Source: Caldicoprobacterales bacterium (GTDB lineage Bacteria; Bacillota; Clostridia; Caldicoprobacterales; UBA3941). From it: a stretch of 64,000 bases of DNA. The notes beneath the pieces are model-generated. The model had not been told where the DNA came from, did no database searches, and saw nothing but the letters and a program-made list of their open reading frames with translations. Both the position numbers and the translations under genes were made by a program. Below are positions 9,389 through 17,820 of the stretch, one piece after another (position 1 is the first letter of the stretch; each line of letters starts with the position of its first letter). The stretch spans positions 12,665-76,664 of the forward strand of contig JBMNFJ010000016.1 of assembly GCA_050949255.1 (NCBI GenBank), in the 5' to 3' direction.

Positions 9389-10456
9389 TCAGCAGAATCT
9401 TGGCATTGGATTTTGTTCATGACAAAGATTTATAACATGTATTTGTTGTTTAACCTGCTGGGGCGTAACTATAAGGGGTGTCCCTTCTGTCAGATGACCA
9501 TAGATGTTATCATAGAACCGTTTTACCGCATGGTTAAATACACCGGGATCCTCTACACTCCATGTTTCCTCGGCCCAGTATAGTGTTTCGCTGCAATACA
9601 TAGGCAGACCCTGTTCGTCTTTGAGGGGTGTCTTTATCAGTTCCCGCCTTGGAGCCACCCTTTCGTCATAATACCTCCACTTAATATGGGTCATACTTCC
9701 TTCAAGGCCGCCCCTAGTACCCTGGACCTTATAGGTATATGTAGGATAAGCATCACAGGAGGAAATCTCTATGTCTATCAACGGGCGGTCTGGAGCTGTA
9801 AGGATTAACTTTACATAGTCCTCTGCATCCCCGAAGGTGTTGGCCCTATCCATTTTGCAAAATACCTGGGGCATACCGTCATAGTAATCGAGGAGATTAA
9901 GGGCTTGATCCAAAGGGTGTGGGCCTGTGTTATAGAGGCTGCCGGCAACGAATTCCTGACAACATTGCCAGTCCCACCTTCTGGCGAAGCCGTTGAAGTT
10001 AATGCTTATCTGTACGATCCTGCCAAGGATTCCGGAGTTTATTACATCCTTGACCTTTTCAAAGTAAGGCGCAAACCTGGACTGCTGAAAGATAGCAAAC
10101 ATCCGCTTATTTGCCTTTGCTGCATCTATCATTGCCTGGACCTCTTCCGGGGTCCTGGCACAGGGCTTTTCCGTTAGAACGTTGAACCCATTATTTAATA
10201 AGTCAATAGTGGTGTGAGCATGCATATGGCTGAAGGATGCGTTAACTACGAGGTCAATGTCGGATCTTCCAAAGAGTTCCTGGTAGTTTTCATAGGTGTC
10301 ACACCCATATTCCTCTGCTGCCCTGTTTCGCCGATCCTCCAATGCCTCTACAACTGCTACCACTTTAAATCTATCCGGATCCGTTAAGAAGTATTTGCCG
10401 TGTATATCCCTCCCGCTACGTCCCTGTCCAATGATAGCCAGATTTAGCTTTTTCAT
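9389..10456 (-). CDS. Gfo/Idh/MocA-family NAD(P)-dependent oxidoreductase
   Basis: MKKLNLAIIGQGRSGRD Rossmann N-terminus. Start CAT is at 10454-10456 with GGGAGG about 10 nt upstream on the minus strand. The longer ORF-track start (10549) has no RBS. Confidence 0.85.
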   Translation of the reverse strand: MKKLNLAIIGQGRSGRDIHGKYFLTDPDRFKVVAVVEALEDRRNRAAEEYGCDTYENYQELFGRSDIDLVVNASFSHMHAHTTIDLLNNGFNVLTEKPCARTPEEVQAMIDAAKANKRMFAIFQQSRFAPYFEKVKDVINSGILGRIVQISINFNGFARRWDWQCCQEFVAGSLYNTGPHPLDQALNLLDYYDGMPQVFCKMDRANTFGDAEDYVKLILTAPDRPLIDIEISSCDAYPTYTYKVQGTRGGLEGSMTHIKWRYYDERVAPRRELIKTPLKDEQGLPMYCSETLYWAEETWSVEDPGVFNHAVKRFYDNIYGHLTEGTPLIVTPQQVKQQIHVINLCHEQNPMPRFC

Positions 10457-10650
10457 ATATCGATAACCTCCCTTGGATATGTTTAGTAAATAATGGTCCC
10501 CTTCATTTGTATGTAGCGTTGATGTTAACAATATGATATATGTCCCCATAGGTTATTGTCAATTATTTTCAGAATATGATATGATTGTATTACTGGGATT
10601 CAGCCTTTAGCGTTGAATCAGGCAATTCCCGGTGTGATTTGAAAGAGAAA

Positions 10651-10677
10651 TGGACTTAAGTCATTTTCCTATATAAT
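10651..10677 (+). promoter_or_regulatory. Candidate promoter (-10 TATAAT at 10672-10677) with an overlapping 10-bp palindrome GACTTAAGTC (10653-10662)
   Basis: Read directly, 65 nt upstream of the LarA-like start. The -35 is weak. The palindrome is perfect. Confidence 0.35.
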
Positions 10678-10741
10678 GCGGACATGTTATTAGATATGGT
10701 TCCTGTTGCAAATTTACGATAATTAAGTCGAGGTGAGAGCG

Positions 10742-12019
10742 ATGATTAGACTTAGCATTACTTCAGATGATGGCCAAGGTCTTCATGAAAAAAGCATTAG
10801 GGAAGCCTTGGACCAATCTTTGCAAGAGCAAAGGGCAAGCTTAAGAAAGGTTTTATTAATCCCACCGGATTTAACCAGGGCACATTCCGGGGCTGGGGAT
10901 ATTACCAGGATGTACTACCAGCTTCTTAAGGATGTTTGTAAGGTGGATATTATGCCCGCATTGGGGACCCATATGCCTATGACTCATGATGAAATAGATC
11001 TGTTTTTTGGGGAGGAAATTCCAAAAGAATCTTTCATAGTACACAACTGGAGGACGGATGTAGTCAAAGTCGGTCAGGTGCCTGGTCAGTATATATCTGA
11101 AATATCCGAAGGGCTTGTGAATGAGCCCATAGATGTGGAGATCAATAAGAGGCTGCTTGATAAAAGCTACGACCTAATCATCTCCATAGGGCAGGTAGTG
11201 CCCCATGAAGTGGTGGGCATGGCCAACTACAGCAAGAATATATTTGTGGGCTGCGGTGGTATGGACATAATAAACAAGAGCCATATGCTAGGTGCGATTT
11301 ACGGAATGGAGAAGATCATGGGAAGGGATCATTCTCCGGTTCGAAAGGTATTTGACTATTGCCAGGAACACTTTACCAAGGAGATACCCCTCATGTATGT
11401 ATTGACGGTGACCACTGCCAAAGAAGACAAGGTGGATATCCATGGATTGTTTATTGGCAACGATAGATCCCTGTTTGAGGAGGCTGTAAAGCTAAGCCAG
11501 GAAAAGAATCTGGAATATGTGGACAGACCCTTTAAAAAGGTCGTGGTTTACTTGGATGGAAGGGAATTTAAGAGTACCTGGCTGGGAAATAAATCCGTCT
11601 ACAGGACCCGGATGGCCATTGAGGACGGTGGGCAGCTTATCGTCCTGGCTCCCGGAGTCAGGCAGTTTGGCGAAGACCAAGAAAACGACAGACTAATACG
11701 AAAGTATGGTTATGCAGGCAGGTTAAAGGTATTGGAACTGTTTAAGGAGAATCAGGATCTTCAGGAAAATCAATCCGTGGCAGCCCATCTTATCCATGGA
11801 TCATCCGATGACAGGTTCTCAATCACCTATGCTCCGGGCCATCTGACCCGGGAAGAGGTGGAAGAGGTCAACTACAACTATATGCCCTTAAAAGAAGCTT
11901 TAGTAAAATATGATCCGAAAAAATTAAAGGATGGATACAATATTCTTGAAGACGGAGAGGAGATCTTTTATATAAGTAATCCGGCTCTGGGGTTATGGGC
12001 CGATAGAAGCAAATTTTGA
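10742..12019 (+). CDS. LarA-superfamily (DUF2088-type) protein; putative nickel-pincer-cofactor-dependent 2-hydroxyacid/sugar-acid epimerase
   Basis: ATG 10742 follows GAGGTGAG. Segments PPDLTRAHS, ALGTHMPMTHDE and PHEVVGMANYSKNIFVGCGGMDIINKSH parallel LarA SSDHTRPVPS, ATGFHRPSTHEE and SH174-x9-K184-x15-H200, with identical spacing. The LarA sequence is from memory. Confidence 0.65.
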   Translation: MIRLSITSDDGQGLHEKSIREALDQSLQEQRASLRKVLLIPPDLTRAHSGAGDITRMYYQLLKDVCKVDIMPALGTHMPMTHDEIDLFFGEEIPKESFIVHNWRTDVVKVGQVPGQYISEISEGLVNEPIDVEINKRLLDKSYDLIISIGQVVPHEVVGMANYSKNIFVGCGGMDIINKSHMLGAIYGMEKIMGRDHSPVRKVFDYCQEHFTKEIPLMYVLTVTTAKEDKVDIHGLFIGNDRSLFEEAVKLSQEKNLEYVDRPFKKVVVYLDGREFKSTWLGNKSVYRTRMAIEDGGQLIVLAPGVRQFGEDQENDRLIRKYGYAGRLKVLELFKENQDLQENQSVAAHLIHGSSDDRFSITYAPGHLTREEVEEVNYNYMPLKEALVKYDPKKLKDGYNILEDGEEIFYISNPALGLWADRSKF

Positions 12020-12032
12020 GGGGGTTTTAGGC

Positions 12033-13559
12033 GTGAAAAGGCTCAATAGGCGGCTACTTGAGGAGGGGTTGAACCTTCCCAGGGATGTAGAAGTTGGCAA
12101 TCTTGAAACGATGCCAGAGCGGATTATACAGTTTGGTGAGGGTAACTTTTTAAGGGCTTTCATCGACTGGATGGTAGACGAGATGAACAGGCAAGGCCTA
12201 TTTCTGGGTAGAACTATTGTAGTTCAACCTATACCCCATGGCCTGGTAGATGCCCTAAATCAACAGGATGGCCTTTATACCCTGCTCCTTAGGGGATTAA
12301 TTGAGGGCAAGATAAAGGAAGAAAAACGGATAATTACATCCGTCAGCAGGGGCATCAACCCCTATGAGGATTGGCAGGGGTTCTTAAAATGCGCTGCCCA
12401 ACCGGAGTTACGGTTTATGGTATCTAATACCACAGAGGCAGGGATCGCATACGTAAAAGAGGACATGCCCATAGACACTTGCCCTGAATCATTTCCGGCA
12501 AAGGTAACTTCCTTTTTGTATGCAAGGTTTAAGGCCTTTGACGGATCTTCGGACAGAGGTATGATAATCCTTCCCTGCGAACTCATCGACAGGAATGGGG
12601 ATTCCCTGAAGGAGATTGTATTAAGGTACGCAGAAGAGTGGGCACTGGGTAGCGAATTCAGTAATTGGATCAAAGAACATAACCATTTCTTAAACACCTT
12701 GGTGGACCGCATTGTAACCGGCTATCCCGGGGATGAAATAGAGGAACTGAATAGGGAGTTGGGTTACGAGGACAGGCTGCTTGATACGGGTGAGCCTTTT
12801 CACCTTTGGGTCATCGAAGGGGATAAAAGCCTTTCCAAGGAGATACCTTTGACCGAGGCAGGCCTTAACGTGGTTTGGACGGATGACCTAACGCCCTATA
12901 GGACAAGAAAGGTCAGGATTTTAAACGGAACCCATACCATGACTGCACTTATGGCATATCTATATGGTCTCGATACAGTCAGGCAATGCATAGAGGATGA
13001 TGTGGTACTATCCTATATGAAAAAGGGATTGTACGAAGAAATATTACCTATTCTCGACTTTCCCCAGGAGGATAAGCAGGGGTTCGCAGATGCTGTACTG
13101 GAACGATTTAAAAATCCTTTTATAGAACATAACCTACTTAGCATCTCCTTGAACTCCGTATCCAAATGGAAGGTAAGAGTTCTGCCTTCACTGCTGGAAA
13201 ACCTTAGTTTAATGGATAGTCTGCCAGAAGTATTGACCTTTTCTCTGGCTTCTTTGTTGATCTTCTATAGGGGGGCTCAAATTCAGGATGAGGCTCTTAT
13301 AGGGGAAAGGATGGGCAACCAGTATAGGATTCAAGACGATAGGGATGTGCTGGAATTTTTTCAAGACTTATGGACCGACTATGACAAAGGCGGGGACCTG
13401 GTTCTATTATGCACAAAAGCCCTGGGGCAAAAGGATTTTTGGGATATGGATCTCAATGAGCTGCCCGGCATGACCCAAAAGGTTAGTGAGTATCTGGAAA
13501 GGATTTTGAACATGGGTATGGAAAATACCGTCAAGGATCTTGTTGGAATCCAAGGATAA
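12033..13559 (+). CDS. uxaB: Tagaturonate reductase (altronate oxidoreductase), mannitol dehydrogenase family
   Basis: ERIIQFGEGNFLRAFIDWMVDEMN and LNQQDGLYTLLLRG match the UxaB N-terminus. GTG start lies 8 nt after GAGGGGG and 13 nt after the previous stop. Confidence 0.9.
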   Translation: MKRLNRRLLEEGLNLPRDVEVGNLETMPERIIQFGEGNFLRAFIDWMVDEMNRQGLFLGRTIVVQPIPHGLVDALNQQDGLYTLLLRGLIEGKIKEEKRIITSVSRGINPYEDWQGFLKCAAQPELRFMVSNTTEAGIAYVKEDMPIDTCPESFPAKVTSFLYARFKAFDGSSDRGMIILPCELIDRNGDSLKEIVLRYAEEWALGSEFSNWIKEHNHFLNTLVDRIVTGYPGDEIEELNRELGYEDRLLDTGEPFHLWVIEGDKSLSKEIPLTEAGLNVVWTDDLTPYRTRKVRILNGTHTMTALMAYLYGLDTVRQCIEDDVVLSYMKKGLYEEILPILDFPQEDKQGFADAVLERFKNPFIEHNLLSISLNSVSKWKVRVLPSLLENLSLMDSLPEVLTFSLASLLIFYRGAQIQDEALIGERMGNQYRIQDDRDVLEFFQDLWTDYDKGGDLVLLCTKALGQKDFWDMDLNELPGMTQKVSEYLERILNMGMENTVKDLVGIQG

Positions 13560-13619
13560 TGAATATATAAGAGGGCGGTAAAATGGTCCCTTATTCGAAT
13601 TAATACGTAGGGGAGTGGG

Positions 13620-15140
13620 ATGGGTAGCATGCCGAAAAATCGCATATTAAGGATTCACAAAAGTGACAGTGTAGCAGTTGTTCTTAGACCTATAAATAAA
13701 GGACAGGTATTGGATATAGGCAATAGTAAAATCAAGGCAACAGAAGATATCGGGGTAGGACATAAGATGGCTGTCCGAGATATAGCAAAGGGAGAGGATA
13801 TCATCAAATATGGGGCGTCCATTGGACACGCCACCATGCCTATAAGGATGGGTAGCCTGGTGCATACCCATAATTTAACTACCAATTTATCCGGTCTGCT
13901 TGATTACACCTATGAACCCCAATTCCAAACCTTACCGGAATCTGAAAACGATAATATTCCTACTTTTAGTGGATATTTGAGGCCTAATGGGGACGTAGGG
14001 ATAAGGAATGAAGTATGGATAATAAACACCGTCGGATGTGTAAACAAGGTTACCGAAAGGTTGACTCATTCTGCCAGGCAGCATTTTAAAGGTCGAAAGG
14101 TAGATGGCATACACTTTTTTTCTCATCCCTATGGATGTTCCCAGTTGGGAGACGATCATAAAAATACCCAAAACATTCTGGCGGGTTTAGTAGACCATCC
14201 CAACGCTGGTGGAGTGTTGGTGTTGGGATTGGGATGTGAAAACAACAACATAGAAGAATTTAAAAAGGTATTAAAAAAGCGGGGCTCTATTGATACAAAC
14301 AGGATTAAGTTTTTAAACACCCAGGATGTAGAGGACGAACAAGAAGTAGGTATGGAAATTCTCGAAGATCTGGTTTCCTACGCTGAAGGCTTTTTTAGGG
14401 AGGAAATCCCCATATCCAAACTTAAGATAGGGTTAAAATGCGGAGGTTCCGATGCTTTTTCCGGAATCACCGGTAATCCGTTATTGGGTGCTTTTTCTGA
14501 TGCCCTGGTATCTCAGGGGGGTACCACCATATTGACAGAGGTACCCGAGATGTTTGGGGCAGAAACCATATTGATGAATCGTTGTGTAACAAAAGAGGTA
14601 TTTGAAAAATGCGTTACAATGATAAACAATTTTAAAGAGTACTTTATCCGCCACGATCAGGTTATATACGAGAACCCTTCCCCGGGAAACAAAGAAGGGG
14701 GTATCACCACTCTGGAGGAGAAGTCCTTAGGCTGCACTCAGAAGGGTGGGACCGGGCAAGTAGTGGATGTAGTGGGATATGGAGAACCGGTGACCGTACC
14801 CGGTCTTAACCTTTTGGACGGCCCGGGAAACGATATTGTGGCGGTAACAGCCTTGGTGGCCAGCGGTGCGCATATGGTGTTATTTACCACGGGAAGGGGG
14901 ACACCCCTGGGTGGGCCGGTACCCACAGTCAAGGTTTCTACCAATAGTGAGCTGGCCAAAAAGAAGAAGCATTGGATTGATTTTGACGCTGGTATACTCT
15001 TGGAAGATGGGGAGATGGGAAGTGTATCAAGGGAGTTTTTCCAGTACATTATCGATGTAGCTTCCGGTAGAATACTGGCTAAGAATGAGGAGCAGGATTT
15101 TCGAGAGATTGCTATATTTAAGGATGGGGTTACACTATGA
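13620..15140 (+). CDS. uxaA: Altronate dehydratase
   Basis: SAF-like N-terminus (IHKSDSVAVVL...GHKMA...IIKYGASIGHAT...VHTHN) plus a large UxaA/GarD C-terminal domain. The alternative start ATG 13629 is equally plausible. Confidence 0.9.
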   Translation: MGSMPKNRILRIHKSDSVAVVLRPINKGQVLDIGNSKIKATEDIGVGHKMAVRDIAKGEDIIKYGASIGHATMPIRMGSLVHTHNLTTNLSGLLDYTYEPQFQTLPESENDNIPTFSGYLRPNGDVGIRNEVWIINTVGCVNKVTERLTHSARQHFKGRKVDGIHFFSHPYGCSQLGDDHKNTQNILAGLVDHPNAGGVLVLGLGCENNNIEEFKKVLKKRGSIDTNRIKFLNTQDVEDEQEVGMEILEDLVSYAEGFFREEIPISKLKIGLKCGGSDAFSGITGNPLLGAFSDALVSQGGTTILTEVPEMFGAETILMNRCVTKEVFEKCVTMINNFKEYFIRHDQVIYENPSPGNKEGGITTLEEKSLGCTQKGGTGQVVDVVGYGEPVTVPGLNLLDGPGNDIVAVTALVASGAHMVLFTTGRGTPLGGPVPTVKVSTNSELAKKKKHWIDFDAGILLEDGEMGSVSREFFQYIIDVASGRILAKNEEQDFREIAIFKDGVTL

Positions 15141-15161
15141 TTTCAAAGGGGGGACTTAATC

Positions 15162-16403
15162 ATGGAGCAATTAACTTCCAGGGAGAGGGTGAGGATATCT
15201 CTCAACCATCAGGAGCCTGACAGATTACCAATTGATTTTGGTGCCATGAGGTCGACGGGTATAAATGCCATTGCCTATAATAGGCTAAAGAAGTATTTAG
15301 GGATGAAAAATACCGAAACAAAGGTCTACGATATATATCAGCAACTGGCAGAACCGGAAGAGGCAATAATGAAGATTATGGGTGCAGATGTTGTCCAGCT
15401 GCATAGATACAGGCCGGCTTTTGGGATTGACATTGCTAACTGGAAGCCGGGAAAGCTGATGGATGGGTCCGACTGTTTAGTCCCCAGGGATTTTAATCCT
15501 GTAGAAAACTCCAGAGGCGATCTGGATGTTATTAAAGATGATAAGGTCATTGCCAGAATGCCCAAAGGAGGATATTATTTTGATCCCATGTACCACCCAT
15601 ATGCAAATGTCAAAAGTATGGGGGATATAGATAAGATACCCGTTTCTGAGATTACCCATGAGGAGCTCTCCTACTTAAGGGAAAAGGCCAAGGAACTATA
15701 TGAGAAAACGGATTATGCCATCCTGGGTAGCTTTGGCGGCAATATTTTGGAAGCCGGCCAATCGGATTGGGGATATGAACGTTTTTTTATAGAGATGGCT
15801 CTTAACCCCGATATGGTCCACTACTATCTCGAGAGGAAAATCCAGGTTTACCTTAGGGATTTGGAAAAATATCTTAATGCCGTAGGGGAGTATATTGATG
15901 TTATTCAATTTGGGGATGATCTCGGAACCCAGGAAAACACTCAAATATCGATTCAGATGTATAGGGATATGATCAAGCCGTACCATACAAGGTTGTATCA
16001 ATATGTTAGAAATAATTTTCCCAATGTTAAAGTCTTTTTACATTCCTGTGGGGCTATCTATGATTTAATCCCAGATCTTATAGACGCAGGAGTTGAGATT
16101 TTAAACCCAGTTCAATTGTCTGCACGCAATATGGATCCAATTAAGTTAAAAAGGGAATTTGGCAACCATCTAACCTTTTGGGGCGGTGGATGCGATACCC
16201 AAACCACCTTGACCTTTGGGAGCCTTGAGGATATTAGAAATGAGGTAGAAGAGCTCATAGGGATATTTGCTCCCGGAGGCGGATTTGTGTTTACCCAGGT
16301 ACATAACATCCAGGCCGATATATCCCCTGAAAAAATTATGGAGTTATACAACACTGCAAATAGGGTAGGACGCCAGGTATACGCCACTGCACGGCAAATC
16401 TAA
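15162..16403 (+). CDS. Uroporphyrinogen decarboxylase (URO-D)/MtaA-CmuA-family protein, function unknown
   Basis: 413 aa. N-terminus SRERVRISLNHQEPDRLPIDFG is typical of non-HemE URO-D-like proteins, and there is an LHSCG motif. It starts 21 nt after uxaA, with RBS AAGGGGGG. Confidence 0.7.
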   Translation: MEQLTSRERVRISLNHQEPDRLPIDFGAMRSTGINAIAYNRLKKYLGMKNTETKVYDIYQQLAEPEEAIMKIMGADVVQLHRYRPAFGIDIANWKPGKLMDGSDCLVPRDFNPVENSRGDLDVIKDDKVIARMPKGGYYFDPMYHPYANVKSMGDIDKIPVSEITHEELSYLREKAKELYEKTDYAILGSFGGNILEAGQSDWGYERFFIEMALNPDMVHYYLERKIQVYLRDLEKYLNAVGEYIDVIQFGDDLGTQENTQISIQMYRDMIKPYHTRLYQYVRNNFPNVKVFLHSCGAIYDLIPDLIDAGVEILNPVQLSARNMDPIKLKREFGNHLTFWGGGCDTQTTLTFGSLEDIRNEVEELIGIFAPGGGFVFTQVHNIQADISPEKIMELYNTANRVGRQVYATARQI

Positions 16404-16449
16404 AAGGGGATTATTATAGAGTATCTTGGTATTAGGGAGGAGAATTAAA

Positions 16450-17721
16450 ATGATAAATACTTACAAATGGAACACTTGGGCAACTAATGAACTTCAATCC
16501 CCTGAATTTTACAGGGATTCAGTCCATGGTGAAGACGTATTAAAGATCGCGTCAGGTGGAAAGTATTCTTATGGTAAGTGGTACTGCGATATTGATGATA
16601 TAGAGGAAAATACCGCCTATAGGTTTAAAGTGAAATATTACAGCGAAAATGTACCGATTGAAAAAACCAGTATAAGCGCTGTATTTACCTGGATCAAAGA
16701 GGATGGGGAATGGTTGGAACGGGGGTATATAGATGAAATAGCCATCTTGGAGGATGGATGGAGGAACTTGAGTAGGATTATTAAAGCACCCCGGGATGCA
16801 GCTTCCCTAAAGATTGAGTTAGGCTTGAGATGGCCGGGATCTAATGGTTATGTACTATGGAAGGAACCCTGTCTGGAAAGAGTAGATGATCCGGGCAGAA
16901 GGATTGTACGGGTGGCTACTACCTATATCGACCCCCGCATAGATACAGACACGGATATGGAGAGAAGGCTCGCCAGGATCTGCAAGGTTGTTGACGAAGC
17001 AGGTAACCAGGGAGCAGATATCATCTGCCTGAGCGAAACCATAAATGAAAGACTATTACCCCTGAATCTTGAGGAGAGGGCTCTACCCATTGATTGCTCC
17101 TTTACCCGGAAGATGAAGGAGAAGGCAAGGCAGTACAAGACTTATATAATATATTGCTTTTATGAAAGAGAAGATAGCTATACCTACAACACGGCGGTTT
17201 TGGTCAATAGAGAAGGCGAGATTGTTGGAAAATACCGGAAAACCCATCTACCCATGACCGAGGCGGAGGAAGGGGTAATACCGGGGACCGAATATCCTGT
17301 TTTTGATACGGATTTTGGGAAAATTGGAATACTTATATGCTGGGACCAGATGTTTCCCGAGCCGTCGAAGATATTGGCATTAAAGGGAGCAGAAATAATC
17401 TTTGTACCCACAGCCGGTGACGGACCGATACATACAGCAGCCCGTGCAGCGGAAAATGGCATATATATGGTGATATCCGGCATAGACAGGCAGGAGAATT
17501 CGCCCTGGATGCCCAGTAGGATCATTAACCCCATGGGGGAGGTTATAGGCCAGGTCGAGGAGAAAGACGAGGGCGTCTGTGTTACGGAGATAGATCTAAA
17601 CAAGAAATTCTACGCATATTGGCTATCTGCAGGTCCCTGTTACAGCGAGCCAAGAAATATTTATTTAAAAGAGCGTATGAATGGGACATATGATGAGGTT
17701 GTCCACGATAAGTACCAATAA
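16450..17721 (+). CDS. Carbon-nitrogen hydrolase (nitrilase superfamily) with an N-terminal extension of about 160 aa
   Basis: E-K-C triad context is ADIICLSE, YRKTHLP, GILICWDQMFPE. ATG 16450 follows GGGAGGAG. The N-terminal region has no recognisable catalytic motif and looks beta-sandwich/CBM-like. Confidence 0.75.
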   Translation: MINTYKWNTWATNELQSPEFYRDSVHGEDVLKIASGGKYSYGKWYCDIDDIEENTAYRFKVKYYSENVPIEKTSISAVFTWIKEDGEWLERGYIDEIAILEDGWRNLSRIIKAPRDAASLKIELGLRWPGSNGYVLWKEPCLERVDDPGRRIVRVATTYIDPRIDTDTDMERRLARICKVVDEAGNQGADIICLSETINERLLPLNLEERALPIDCSFTRKMKEKARQYKTYIIYCFYEREDSYTYNTAVLVNREGEIVGKYRKTHLPMTEAEEGVIPGTEYPVFDTDFGKIGILICWDQMFPEPSKILALKGAEIIFVPTAGDGPIHTAARAAENGIYMVISGIDRQENSPWMPSRIINPMGEVIGQVEEKDEGVCVTEIDLNKKFYAYWLSAGPCYSEPRNIYLKERMNGTYDEVVHDKYQ

Positions 17722-17820
17722 GATAGCCATAGAGTAACGCTCAATTTGCGCCTATAAAATAGAATAAATGTGTGGCGATAATAGCCGTGTATTTTACTAA
17801 GGGAGGAGCAGTCTTGTCAA

